Assembly (NCBI RefSeq): GCF_006345805.1 | Contig: NC_043001.1 | Location: 42,284,001 to 42,348,000 of the forward strand | DNA length: 64,000 nt | Source: Octopus sinensis | Taxonomy: Eukaryota | Reading direction: 5' to 3' | Shown: positions 1 to 13,104 of the stretch, one piece after another | Numbering within the stretch: position 1 is the stretch's first letter | Layout: every line of letters begins with the position of its first letter | The notes under the pieces: generated by a model | Told to the model about the DNA's origin: nothing | Databases searched by the model: none | Seen by the model: the letters and a program-made list of their open reading frames with translations, nothing else | Made by a program: the position numbers and the translations under genes

Positions 1-1560
1 GCTAGGAATGATGATGAAGTGCTTTATGTGGACTGGATTCTTGTTAATGAAGTCAATAAAGATTGCCAATCACTAAAGAAAAACTATTACACTTCATAGT
101 ACTTTGGAGAATTTAATGAATTAGTTGGGGGCATATACATGGCAAGAATCCATTTCTAAAGCACCATTCTGAAGAGGTTCTTGAAGGCAGACAACTGCAA
201 TAAGATGCTTATCATATCTGTTGGTGTAGGCTAAAATAATTGGGGCAAAAAAAAAAAAAAAAAAAACCCAATTCAACAGCACAGAATAAAGACTCACTCA
301 AATTAAAACTTGCCTACAATGCTGACACTGAGACTCAAACTAAATCTGCATATTAGTATTTCTATAATATGTATTCTCAAGTACATGATTACCAAAGTAA
401 GTTCCAGAATATGCAAGAGTACTGAGATACAAAGGGATAATATAGGTGTCATATAGAGTAGCAAAACATGTGAAAAGGTGTCAGAGTTCAAGGAGTTAAA
501 CACTGATGTAATGAAGACAGAATTGTTATATAATATCTAGATCAGAGAGCCATCATTTTAGTTAAAACAAGCAGTAACATTAACACTTTGTCTAACATCT
601 AATGTATTGACATAAAAATACCACAAAATTGGTAGTAGCTTCTTTATTGTTAACAGCATGCTTTTTTTCATTCATTATCCATTTCAGTTTGAAAATGTTG
701 GATACTTGGTTAGGTTATCTTCGGTGTTGGTGGTATCATATAAAAAAAACCATAACACCCATCTCACATTAGCATGAGTACCTTTCATAATATTTGCATA
801 ATTTTTTCCTTCTAAATTAATTGATGACAATGAATAATTACCATACAATTATATGTAAGTCAAAGCATTTTGTTCAGCAAATTAATAAGCAAAACAGATT
901 GTTTTGTAATATAGATGCCATTTGTATATTTTGTTAATTTCAATAAGTCTAGTATGTTTATGACCCACTATGATCAATTCAATTATAAACAAAAACAAAT
1001 AAATATTTTGATTTTTTTCTCACATCCAATAAAAATAATCATTTTATAATTCTATTATTTCTTTTTTAGTTGAAATCTAAAAAAAATTCCAGTATAAGAT
1101 GTGAATTATACAAATAACCAAAAATGCATGCACACCAATGTGAGAGAAGTGCCAAATTTTATTATTTGGTTAAGATCAAAAATTAGCCTCAGTAGAGTAG
1201 AAAATAGTACTTAGCACACCTTACTAGAATCATTTGAAAAATAAGACAGCACAACTCATCTTATGGAATTACCACAGAAAACATAGTAGCTGGCATTACT
1301 GTTTACAGTCACTGCTGTATGCAAGTTCCCTGAATTTTCTTTACAATAATTTAGTCAATCATAATAATATTATAAATACAAATATTACAAGACAGCTTGG
1401 AGGAAATGTTAGTAATCATTCAAATCTACCAAGCAAAGACAAGCATATTGGAATCTCTGTGATTTTTAGTTTATAGCCATTGCTACAAGTAATTCAACAA
1501 TAATTACAGTGGCAGAAAGGCCACTGAAAATAATCATATTGTTCATTGAAATATTCTATA

Positions 1561-1960
1561 GAAAATGTTCATATAGAAAAGAAAACATACCACTGTGAAA
1601 TGTGTGATAAAATATTAGTTTCAAATTTTGGCATAAGGCCAGTAGCTTTGGAGTAGGGAAGAGTTGATTACATCAACTCCAGTGCTCAGCTGGTACTTAT
1701 TTTATCAACCTCAAAAGGATGAAAGGCAAAGCTGACCTCAGCAAAATTTGAACTCAGAATGTAAAGACAGACAAAAATACCACTAAGCATTTTGCCTGGT
1801 GTGCTCGCCACCTTATATGTGTGGTAAAATATTGCCAACTAATAGCATCTCACTATATTCCAAAGTATTTAGAAATAGATGCTACAGTGAAATTTGTGGG
1901 AAGCATTTACAGCAAGTAATCATTTATCTGTATATAAGAGACTGAAATGGAAAAGCCCGT
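1561..1960 (+). pseudogene. Degenerate C2H2 (Kruppel-type) zinc-finger array, interrupted by a SINE
   Basis: Reads HIEKKTYHCEMC(D/G)KIL..., then HLTI, YSEICGK-AFTASNHLSVYKR and a decayed GEKP-like linker, with frameshifts. Matches the TGEKPYHCEICGKxF...HL.xH pattern. Confidence 0.7.
1617..1816 (-). mobile_element. tRNA-derived SINE (family 1) with a 17-bp target-site duplication
   Basis: Same body as other family-1 copies (GCCTTTCATCC..GATAAAATAAGTACCAG on the minus strand, B-box-like GTTCAAATT). Flanked by atgtgtgataaaatatt (1600-1616) and atgtgtggtaaaatatt (1817-1833). Confidence 0.85.
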
Positions 1961-3033
1961 AAAAATTATGTTATGGAAATCTTGTTTAGTAAACCATTTC
2001 CTGAATAAATAAAAAAGTAAAAATGTGTTTCACAGTTCTGAATTTTTCAGTATATTGTAGAGCTATATATACTGTTGTAGAATTCCATGATTTTCCCATC
2101 ATGCATAGAAGGCTGTGAAACATTGTAGTTTGATCACATAACATTTTAGTACACAAGTTCAAATTATGATTTGAGTATCTCATAACAAAAAAAGTATCAT
2201 TACAGATGAAGTTATAAACCCTTCTAGCGAAGACAAACAAGTAAAATTACGAATATAAGCTGCAACTGGTTTTGTGAGAAAGTTTCACCCTATTTCAGGT
2301 CTCATCTATAACTGTTGTGCAATGAATTTGCTGCTATATTCCTTTCGTATCAGAGATTTTTCAACAGCGCAGGCTTATCTACCCTTTTATCACTGATGTT
2401 CACTACTACTCGGAAATCTCTTAAAACAATAATTTCATAGTTCCCAGACCAAACTACAAGTTACTATTTTTATCTTGTTGCTTATGGATTCTTTGAATTA
2501 TGATGAAGAAATTTAAAACTTTTCTACAATGTTTAGTATTTGAGTTACAAAAAAAAAAAAAAAAAAAAAAAGAATTGCAGTAGAGAGACACTTTTGGTTC
2601 TTTGAGTAGTTTTTTAAGAAACTTTAAATATATAATTATGAATAAAAATTTCTGCCATTATATTAGATGTCTGCATTAATAGAGCAATGAAACATCAAGC
2701 ATCACATTTTCTGTCTTGCTTGATGATAATAGAAAAGATATGAAACAATAATAACCTTGGTAAGAGGTTGAATGTCTGTACAACTGAGCATATCAAATAC
2801 ATTGTACAGAATTCTATCATCCTCATAGAGAAAACCATTTAGGCTAAGTTACTATTTAAAAAAACATTTTGTCTAACTTACTTAATGTGGGTATACTATT
2901 GAAAGCCACAGCACTGCAATATTTATCTTGAGAAAGCTTTTCATTTAGACATATAGTGCTTTGAGAAGCTTTCTCAAGATGAATACCGAAGTCTTGCAGC
3001 TTTCAATAGTGTATTCATGTCAAGTAAGACATG

Positions 3034-4211
3034 CAGGGTCTTGCAGATAAATTGAAATATATGTGTCCTTTTCACAATGTCCAGAGCTGTGAACAGGAAC
3101 CATGGCATGACTAGCTATGTTGAGGATGCCATCACTTCCTAACAGCCAAGGCCAAGAGATGCCCAAAGCTTCTGTTATTCATCAAACATCGAGGTGCAGG
3201 AAAAATTCTCGTGTTTGTGGATGCTGAGGTAAATTGCAGAAATTCTAAAGTGATTGTATACAACCCTTCTGACATCCCTCCTGTGTTTGAGACTAAAAAT
3301 CCTACCACTGTGATAGTATTTGGAGCAGCGGCAAGTGATGGAAGTGTCATGGATTTACACTTTATTGAGTCTGGCTTGAAAATTGGCACAAAGAAGTATC
3401 TGGACATTCTGAAGAGCTTTCTGTTACTTGGATGGAGCAGAAGTTTGGGCTTGAAAATGTGGTGCTTATCCAGGATTCTGCACCATGCCATGTGTCAAAA
3501 AGCAACACAGGCCTTTCTTGGTGAGAAAGTGCTATTTTTTGCGTGGGTCAACATCTGGCCCAGTAATAGCCCAGACCTCAACCTTCTTCATTACTTTTTA
3601 TGGGTTGTACTTCAAGTAAGGTCCAATGCTTCACCACACTTGAGTGTCAACAGTTTGAAGACCCGCATGGTGCATGTAACATGCAAAATCAAAATAGCAG
3701 AGGTTGCAGCAGCTGCAAAAAAATTTCGTTCTCATGTGCAGACAGTAATTCTTTTTACAAGAATTACATCCTCCAGCCGGATTTACCTATGTTTCCAAGT
3801 ATTGCTGTTATAGTTTCCCTGTAATGATATGAAGGGAATGCAAATTAAAACCAAAAAAGTGACAAAACACGATGAACGAAGAGACGGCCACTTGAAAATA
3901 GGGAACTTTACACACACTACTTCTTTTTAATCCGGAAAGTATCGCACTTTTTATAGTGATTTCCAAAGTATTCATAATGGATTATAGAATGAACAGTGAA
4001 GAAACAGGAATGTTGGCATCACTGTAGATAAGTGCACTTAATCCTGCAGGTGTTCATCTGTTGGAACATTGAAAATTAATTTTCTGGAATACCAACATTT
4101 GTTGTAATAAATATTACATTAAAATTATATTTATCTATTACCATTATTTTAGTATTTATAACCAAATTTTATGCATCATAAAAATTGTCTCAATTTATCT
4201 GCAAGACCGTG
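3034..4211 (+). mobile_element. Tc1/mariner maT-type (DD37D) DNA transposon, defective
   Basis: 22-bp TIRs cagggtcttgcagataaattga (3034-3055) and tcaatttatctgcaagaccgtg (4190-4211, 1 mismatch); TA follows on the right, TG precedes on the left. Transposase motifs VMVFGAAASDG, QDSAP and WPSNSPDLN; 37 residues between the 2nd D and the 3rd D position (GAT>CAT). Frameshifted, N-terminus missing. Confidence 0.88.
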
Positions 4212-4502
4212 TACAGAATGCTATTTTGAACCAATGTTGCTTACATTGCTAATAATGAATTATTATTTATAAATTGACAGAACACACTAGGCAGAAATCA
4301 AAGGGAAATAAAGATAACCAAAAATTTCCCTATATTGACTGTTGGCCTCTGAAATAGTTGCTTAAAAAACACATACATTTCAGATACATAAGCTATATAG
4401 TCATATTTAGAGAAGAAAGAGAGTTGTATTCCATGAAGGGTTGATCCAGTTTAAATACACATAACATACAAACCTTTTGATAATGATTAAAAGCTGTACT
4501 AA

Positions 4503-4707
4503 TCAAATGCATTTCAGAGAATTAGAACCGATGAAATAATGGTAAGGACAGGTAGCAGAAGAGTCTTTTAAACTGATGAACTGAATCTCTTTCAATTGCC
4601 TAATAATATCTGGCCTCAAACCCGAAACTGAAAAACCATCAGCACTCTCACTTATTCCTATATTTATGGGAAACACGTCGACCTCAAATGCACAATACAG
4701 TTCTATG
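4503..4707 (-). CDS. Weak candidate coding exon, unknown protein (IELYCAFEVDVFPINIG...SLKCI*)
   Basis: Pyrimidine-rich acceptor (...ctttcacaaaaacag) followed by 67 open codons to a TGA. No recognised homology. Overlaps a + strand micro-exon candidate. Confidence 0.22.
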
Positions 4708-5654
4708 CTGTTTTTGTGAAAGAATACATTAAAAGTAAAGGAGCAAAATAAAAGAATTGCAATAAAATGTTAATACATTTTGTGTTCATATGAAAACTCA
4801 TCTTTTAACAACACACAGAAGGGTAAATAACTGAATTCTTTTTTTCAAGTTCCTTTCAAGAATAAGAATTGAAAAATCACAATCCAGAGATACCCCCAAA
4901 TTATGTTGCCTATAGGCTCTTTCCAAACACTCTCCAAAATGATTCATTTTCTTATGATTTTCTTCTGTATTTGAAAGTCATTACTTTGCTCAACATTTGT
5001 TTCTTTCTTTGATCAGAAAAATCAGGTGGCATAATTGAATCTGATAATAAAATAAAATAAGAAGTATATTAGATAAATTGGTAAAAGTTGTAAATTGTAA
5101 AAATCATTCCAGTCCTTGGATTTTCTGACTACATTTTGCCAATTTACAATTAAAAAAAAACTACTCAAAGTAAATTTTGATAATTTAAATCAAGATTTTA
5201 TTGCAATGGCACCTTCAGTAAGATATCAGGTAAAGGTGCAATAATAATAACAGAGGTACTTTGTAGATATGCATCAGGTTTCTAATATCCAGCTTTCCAG
5301 ACACTGGATGGGTTTGCAATGTGGCATATTAATATTTCTCTTGTCTCAAAATTAATACCCAATATATTCAGATGTAATCTTTCCACTTTCTCTCTGATTT
5401 TCTTTGCTGAAAGTGCCTTTTACTGCTAGCACATGCCACTTTTTAACTTGTGAGATACTATCAATTTGAATCACATCTCCAACACTATGTTCTCTTTCAG
5501 CTCAATAGTGCTCCATGTTTCAATCAAATTCGCATTACACATACCACAGATGATCATCAACTCATTTCAATCCCACAACAGTTCTCTATTCAACATCCTT
5601 GTCCCATCACCATACATCATCACACCCTCATACATAATCCTGTTAGTTCACTTA

Positions 5655-6033
5655 CTCTCTTTACTCTTTTACTTGTTTCAGTCATTTGACTGTGGCCATG
5701 CTGGAGCACCACCTTCAGTCGAGCAAATCAACCCCGGGACTCATTCTTTGTAAGCCCAGTACTTATTCTATCGGTCTCTTTTGCCGAACCGCTAAGTGAC
5801 GGGGACGTAAACACACCAGCATTGGTTGTTAAGCAATGCTAGGGGGACAAACACAGACACACAAACATACATATATATATACATATATACGACATGCTTC
5901 TTTCAGTTTCCGTCTACCAAATCCACTCACAAGGATTTGGTCGACCCAAAGCTATAGCAGAAGACACTTGCCCAAGACTGAATCCTGAACCATGTGGTTG
6001 GTTAGCAAGCTACTTACCACACAGCCACTCCTG
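5655..6033 (-). mobile_element. tRNA-derived SINE (family 2), near full length with an internal deletion
   Basis: Minus-strand head GGAGTGGCTGTGTGGTAAGTAGCTTGC...GGTTCAG, central (TG/TA) tract and 3' GACTGAAACAAGTAAAAGA; highly similar to 20432-20818. Confidence 0.85.
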
Positions 6034-7859
6034 CACCTATTGTATATGTAATTTGTTACTTGTATATGTAATTTGTACAAGTGCACCAAAAAAGTAGCTA
6101 GGCATTAAAAGCACCAATCAATTAATGCGAAAGAGACAACCGTGCTAATATGAACATGATATAAATGGACAATGATTGCAAAGTGTTGTATGATAACTAT
6201 AGAAAATGTGAGAAGTTGTGGGGTTAGCTAGCAGGATGGTGGGTCTAACAAATAAGATGATGAAAAATCAAGTCAATTAGTGATATACAATAGAGTAGAC
6301 CTGCCCAACTTGTGTCAGTATGTAAAAAGGGGACGCTAAAATAATTATGGTGATGATAATCTATTAATATAATTGGCAGAATTTCCGTCACTCTGATTTT
6401 ATTGGATTTATCTCCCTTGTTACTATATATTAACAACGTTAAAAATATAATTTTGCTACTGTTAATATGAGGTAGAAATACAGCTGCAATGAATTGATGG
6501 CTAAACAGTATTATTGTTATTGATAACATTTTTTATTCATCTCCTTATTTTATAGGCACAATGAAATTTTAAATATGTAAAATTATGGTTATTGTATTTA
6601 TATAGCAACAATGGCAAAAGTATATTCCCATCACCTGTTATATATTAGTTAACATTTTACTTATAACAGAATTGCAGCATGAGGAAATACATACTAGAAG
6701 TCAATAATGTAATATATATAAAAATATACTATATTACAGAACTAGAGCAAAAATATGAAATGACTAATTTAAATGCGTTTTTTTTTTGAAGGTAGAAGAG
6801 CATTTAAATCCCACTTCTTAATTTATAATAAACTCAAGCAAACTCACCATATATTAAGATTGAGGGACAACTATTTTCTTCACTTGTTTCAGTAAAATGC
6901 TTTGTAAATAGAAGTGAAAAAGTACCACATTGTTGGTGAATCATACACATGAAAAGCAGAAGTCACCAAGGTATCTCTGTAAAAGAGAAAGCAAGAATAA
7001 AAAATAAATCTCAAAATATAGTAACAGAAAATGTTTTACATCTAATCAAAAATTATAAATGATAAATAATAATTAAGTTTTAAATTATTCCGGGAACTGA
7101 ATAATTTTCAACAATAACCAGTAGATTTTTCTAGCAACAAAGTAATATGCTACCAAAATAAGAAGTTTTAGATGCAATTTCATTTGAACATTTAGCATTC
7201 AGATTTCTTTGTCAAATGTATTGCTTATTTATTTACATTATTTTGCATTCATTATCTTGTAGCATCAATATTTTGATGGTGTTGTTTGTATACTTTTAGA
7301 ATGACATTGTAGGGTAAGTGTGAGAGGTTGGATCTGGTCAGTTTTAACATAAAACAGAATATTTTGGACTGGATATGGCTGGATTAAATGCTAAAGGGTT
7401 AAATAAATGTTTAATTCATAAATTATCATATCTAGTAGTTAAATGAATTATGAAATAATTGAAGAGTTTCAATGGCAGAAATGATAAGTTTAAAACTTTC
7501 AGACAAAGAGTAATGAGTTGATAACTCATTTAATTAACAATCATTGTGCCATCTTTGCATGAAAGCAAAATATATCTGGCAGTAAATATTCAAGTATAGT
7601 GGATACAACAGAGCATATACTGCTGTGCACTAGCTTTCACATGTAGTTCATAGCCAGCAACAAAACCCAAATCTATTAACAAGATGGTCCAATGACCATG
7701 GGGTTTAAGGACTCTAGAATAATTTCTTATTGCTTTCTTTAGATGTATAGAGGACTTGACTACTCCCAATCAATTCAAAACTACATCTTTTACATGCTAT
7801 TGTTAACAATGAATAACTGAGAGGGGAAGTAGTAATTCTGATATGGGTTTCTTTTGGTT

Positions 7860-7990
7860 CTTTATTTCTTGATTTCAAATCCTACCAATGTCAACTTTCA
7901 TCCCACCGAGGTCAATAAAATAAAGTACCACACTAGTACTGGGGTTGGTGGTACCAACTAAGTCTCCTCAAAACTGTTGATCTTATGCCT
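7860..7990 (+). mobile_element. Degenerate family-1 SINE fragment
   Basis: ttcaaatcc...ctttcatccc..gaggtcaataaaataaagtacca..ctggggt matches the family-1 core. Confidence 0.65.
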
Positions 7991-9249
7991 AAATCAAAAA
8001 CCATTACTGGCATAAAAAAATGTCAGGCAGTTCCTTTCTTAACAATTGGGTTTGAATAATTTAGAATCTCAATTTAATGTATCACCGCATTTTACAACAG
8101 ATTATTTACATTATTAGTAAAGTTGTATACATTTATACAACTTAAAGGAACAAGTCCAATGGTTTTACAAAAAGCTGTCACCCTTTCATTTATATCAATA
8201 ATTGTTTATTTTACTAATAAAATTTCCTATGGTGGGTTGCACACATTTTTACATATTTGCTTTGCTTTTTGCAACATAAACTCTGCTTGGTTTGTCATAG
8301 CCACAATTATTGAATACACAAATTTCAGTACATTGTACACACCCATCGACTTAGTAAAGTTTAGTCACTTCCACATATCACAATGAACCCTGGGAAGAGT
8401 TGCTTACTTATAAAAGCAGTTGTGTTCCTTAAATCTTTTGGAAACACAGGCTATAGCTACCAGTAATATAGATCTCTTTTAAATTGATTAAAGAGTATTA
8501 TTTGAACTTTCTGTTTCACAACAGTTTATTCAATTTAGAAGTTATCAATTACTGAAACAAAATGGATAGAATAATAAAAATAAATTTGATGCCTTCTTCT
8601 TTTTTAAAACTCAGGCTATTAGTTAGTTCAAAATATGTATCTGTCTGAAAATTTTATAATTCTAAAAGTATAAATTCTATAAAAGTCATATAACCAGGCA
8701 GCTGTAGCTGCTATCAACAATTATTTCCTATTTACAGTTGAAGTAAATGCTACTGATAAAACTATTGCTGTTACATTATCAAAATGTGGTAGTCTAGTGT
8801 CATTTTTATCAATGTCCTTAAACAAGTCTTAACAAGCTAGGGGCTTGGAGAAATTTTAACTGATCAGTCTGTCTCACAATGGCACTACTACTTCAACATC
8901 AATGAATTTAGAATTACTACATAATTCCTTAGTATGTTCTGATATAAGAAGAATGCTCCACCTAATAGATGTACATAACTTTGTATTATATGTCAAAGAA
9001 GTACAGTGAGTGTGCATTGTGTAATTATAATTGGTTACTTTTTATTTATATTTCTGTTTGTCAACCTATGCCACAACACAAATAACTCTGTTGTTAGAAG
9101 ATGTCTAATTCATCTCTATTTTTAGAATGCTATCATTTATTTATTCAGACAGAGGAAGCCTCCTTCATGTCAATGAAGCTGATGTAGTTCCTAAAAGTCA
9201 TAGGATTTTAACAAACCAACATAATCCCTACTCATACGACCTCATATAA

Positions 9250-9398
9250 TCATCATCGTCATCGTTTAACGTCCGCTTTCCATGTTGGCATGGGTTGGAT
9301 GGTTTGACTGAGGACTGGTGAGCCAGAAGGCTGCACCAGGCTCCAATCTAATCTGGCAAAGTTTCTACAGCTGGATGGCCTTCCTAACGCCAACCACA
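9250..9398 (-). mobile_element. RTE-LINE 3' tail fragment ending in (GAT)n
   Basis: catcatcgtcatcgtttaacgtccgctttccatg...ggatggccttcctaacgccaacc is the reverse complement of the 3' UTR end attached to RTE ORF2 at 49990-50985. Confidence 0.8.
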
Positions 9399-10074
9399 GA
9401 AAATTCATAATAAGAAAGGTATTCAGAATCATGTAAACTTAGCTTTTAAAAATGGAAAATATTAAACATTTCATGACAGGACACCATGTTGAGGGATGCT
9501 CTACATGCTGTACAGCCATTACTAAATACTGGGTCAATGTGGCACCTCACAAAGAGTTCTTTCTACAAGAGAACTAGTTCTCCTCTGACATGACAAACGT
9601 CAAATCATGCAAGTTAGAACATAGGGCTAGTCCAAACTGAAGCAATAAATAACAAGCTCTGGTTCAACAAAGTCACAAAATAAGATCAAGGCTACTTTAT
9701 TCCTGTCACTATAACTATGCCTGCATTCAACAATCCTAATCCTTTGATGAAATCCAGAATGTGTATCACTATGAAGACCAAGAACTTGGAAACTGATTGA
9801 ACAATTCAATTTTGATCATCATTATTAATTGATGCGTCTGGTACCCTAATTTTGTATTGTAAAAATAAACAAATCAATATCCATCCTTAAACATCAGAAC
9901 AATCAAAAATGCAACAAAAATTTTAAATATCTAGGTCAGATGAAAGAGGATCATGGAAAAATGATACATGATATGAAATTAACAAAACTTGACCAAATTA
10001 AAAAAACATAAAAGATTCTCTACGGCTTCTTCATGATATATTTTCGCAGCATGCAATTAAAGAGAAGAAATGAT

Positions 10075-10240
10075 GAGGGTGGAGGTTAGTTGATTACACT
10101 GACCCCAGTATTTGACTGGTACTTATTCAATCGACCCCGAAAGGATGAAAAGCAAAGTTGACTTCAGAATGTAAAGATGGACGAAATGTTGCTAAGCATT
10201 TTGCCTGGCGTACCAGCAGTTCTGCTATCTTGCCGCCTTA
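10075..10240 (-). mobile_element. Family-1 SINE
   Basis: gaccccagta..ctggtactta..tcgaccccgaaaggatgaaa..gccgcctta. Confidence 0.8.
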
Positions 10241-10832
10241 AAAAGAAGAAATTACTGAAATTAGCCTTTACTTATTTTACTCCACTTTAAACATTATTTT
10301 TTGAAAATTGAAAATTATCAGTCATTAGTCTGGGAAAAGATTGACTTAGTATCCAACAGAGAAAAGAATACTGAATGTTAGAAACCAAAAATTATCCAGA
10401 TATTTTACTAGTAACCTCAACTACAATCAGATCAATGTTGAGGAAATATTTCTTGAAAAAAAAAAAAAAATAATAATAATAATAAAGAGTACATGTCACT
10501 TGACTGTTTCAAACTTTCTCAATTTCAACAACTATGCTGTCCAATTTTTACTCTGAAAGATGATGCAATACTAGCAATGTAATGATTTCGAATGGGTAGG
10601 GAGAAAATAACGAGAAATCAGAAATTACTCATTTTAACCAGGTTGCTAATTTTGCCTCACTCCCATCTGACAAACTTATGTTTGTATCACCAAATCTTTA
10701 TATATATAAACAGACAAAGCTTGTTCCTGATATTCATTTAAAGACATAGCTGAATATTACTGAGAACTGTAGCTTATTTGAATATGAAAGGCATTTCAGA
10801 GACAGACAGAATCAAGGGTATATTGTGTATAA

Positions 10833-11000
10833 TTTCTGAGTTTAAATTCCACTGAGATCGACTTTGCCTTTCATCCTTTCGGGGTCGATAAATTAAGTAC
10901 GAGTTACGCACTGGGGTCGATGTAATCAACTTAATACCTTTGTCTGTCCTTGTTCGTACCCTCTATGTTTAGCCCCTTGTGGGTAATAAAGAAATAGGTA
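10833..11000 (+). mobile_element. Family-1 SINE, 5'-truncated
   Basis: ttctgagtttaaattcc..gactttgcctttcatcctttcggggtcgataaattaagtac..ctggggtcgatgtaatc. Confidence 0.85.
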
Positions 11001-12773
11001 TTTTGTGTATAATTGCATCTCTCCCATAAATCAACCAGTAAAAATAACAGCTGTTTTGAGCAAGAGTGACAGTTTAGAAAATGCAGTTATCACCTATGAC
11101 TTTATAAAGGAGATAAGTTGATGTTTTGCTCAATATTCTTTCAATGAATTTAAAAAGGTACTTTACTTTTTGTTCAAAGTTTAAATAGCTTCTTCGAGAA
11201 GAGAATGGCAACCGATGATTATAACACTGAAAGCTGATAAGAGTCCAAACGATATCAATTTCCAGTTCAGAAATCATTCTAACTTCACGATAGGTGATTG
11301 GCTGAGTATAATTTTATAAGTAGTAAAAAAAAATGAATATTTCTATCAATGACTTGAAGGTACTTCACCTTCAATGTTGACTTTAGACATTTTCTTTGTG
11401 AAACAAGAGTGATGAGACTCTAAACAATTAGCAGATGATAAATACTTTACGCCCGCTTATAAATGCAAAATAAAAAAAGAGAATACTTCAGTTGTTACTG
11501 GATAATTTTGGTTTAAACTCTGTCTTTTGTGAGTATATGAGGTGGGTGAAAGAGAGAGAGTGTGTATGTGTGAGTGAGTAAGTGATATGAAAGATGAAAG
11601 ACAAAGAGAGAGAAGGAGGAAATATAGAATAAAAAACAATAAGTCACAAACAGGAAAATAGAAACTTGTGATAAATAGATAGAGAAAGTGATAGATAGAT
11701 AAAGAGAGAGAGAGAGAGTTAATTGTAAATATATGTGTTTGTATGTATCTAATGCCATAAATATATGTATGTACATGCTTTTTAGCTCCACAGCAAACAT
11801 GATCTAAAATATCTATTCAATGTGTCTTTCGATTTCTGAAGATGGCAGTCTGTGACATTGAGGGAGGTTTGGTTATTTCTAGCGGATCGAGTAACTTCAT
11901 CAAGGATTTTTCATTAGACATGATTGTATATACATCACACATATAAACATTTTCTTTAGTCTTCATCTGCTGTGATTTGGGCTTGCGAGTGTATGAGTAG
12001 AAAGAGAGAGAGAATAAGTGAGAAATAGGAGCTGGAAAGAGAGATATAACGATCTGTTATGTACGTACGAAATTGCGTGTGTCATGGACAGAAGTATGCA
12101 TCTCACTACCACTTCACACTTACTTTTATCTGTTACCAACCCTTTCCCACTTCACTCAGCTGCCCAGGTTACATCAATATTATTACTTCTTACTCTTCAA
12201 AAATAGCCTACTTGCTCATTACAGTTATGAGAGGCACATTGCATTTTATTATATTTAAGATGTGCATGTGAACAACTGTTGTTAACTCAACAACCACCTA
12301 TGTCCTTAAACCTACATGTTCCTCACACCCATCTCCTTTTTGCTTCATTAGCATTTTAAAGTTACACACATATATATATATATGTATTAGTATGTGTGTA
12401 TGTGCATGCATGTTTCTATGTATTTCAGTATGTATGTATCCAACATAACAGAGTAATCTTTCACCAAGCCCCAAGATCTATCGTGACACATTCTACCAGT
12501 ATCCGAAGTTTCAAAGTGTTTAGTTAAAAAACAATTAATTAAAAAATCCGTGCATGTGATGGAATAGATCCAAGCCCCACCCACTGCATAGAAATTTACA
12601 AATTTAGATTCTTTAACTTAACTTCTATCTTACTCCTCTCATTCAAGTTCAGTGCAACCCAGCCTACACCTCATACAATAAAAACAAGTAGGCGACTGTT
12701 AGTTTTATAAGTTATAGGATATATATATATATGTATCAAATGAAATAAATGAAAAACAGGACACAAAGGATGT

Positions 12774-12868
12774 TGTGGTACATATGTTTCGAGCTTTATA
12801 GAACAACTTATTCTTACATTAATGCATAATAGACATAACAGATAGTTCAAAAGCCCTCTTCAGCCGCA
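12774..12868 (-). ncRNA. Type I hammerhead ribozyme motif, Penelope-type (palindromic helix III)
   Basis: Minus strand: TGCGG-CTGAAGA-GGGCTTT...AAAGCTC-GAAA-CATATG-TA/CCACA. Intact core, 7-bp stem II, ACATATGT palindrome as helix III, GUA cleavage triplet, stem I 4 of 5 pairs. Confidence 0.72.
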
Positions 12869-13040
12869 TGCAATTGCTACACCAAAGACTTGTATCACAT
12901 TATGAAAGGTTTGAGAAAAAACATTTGGTATTGTTTATAATGGTAGGTAAACAGAGTATCACTGGGAAAGTATGTTTGTAAATCTTCATAGGCGTACATG
13001 GTATTATTAGACTCCAAAACAAATCGTCTATACCGTTTTC

Positions 13041-13080
<40 letters not shown>

Positions 13081-13104
13081 AAGATACATACATACACACA
13101 CGTG

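Noticed and set aside
2281-2312. HHR-like TAGATGA-GACCT-GAAAT-AGGGT-GAAAC on the minus strand
   Set aside because: The core is mutated and no helix I or III pairing can be built.
5282-5400. ERLHLNILGINFETR on the minus strand, resembling a Kv/KCTD T1 start (ERxxxNIxGxxFET)
   Set aside because: It equally resembles the RTE endonuclease N-terminus (ERLxxxILGISETRW), the following residues fit neither, a stop follows, and it lies downstream of the KCTD exon so cannot be its first half.
8736-8795. EVNATD cadherin-like motif after an acceptor
   Set aside because: No DxD or further cadherin motif, and a stop follows within 20 codons.
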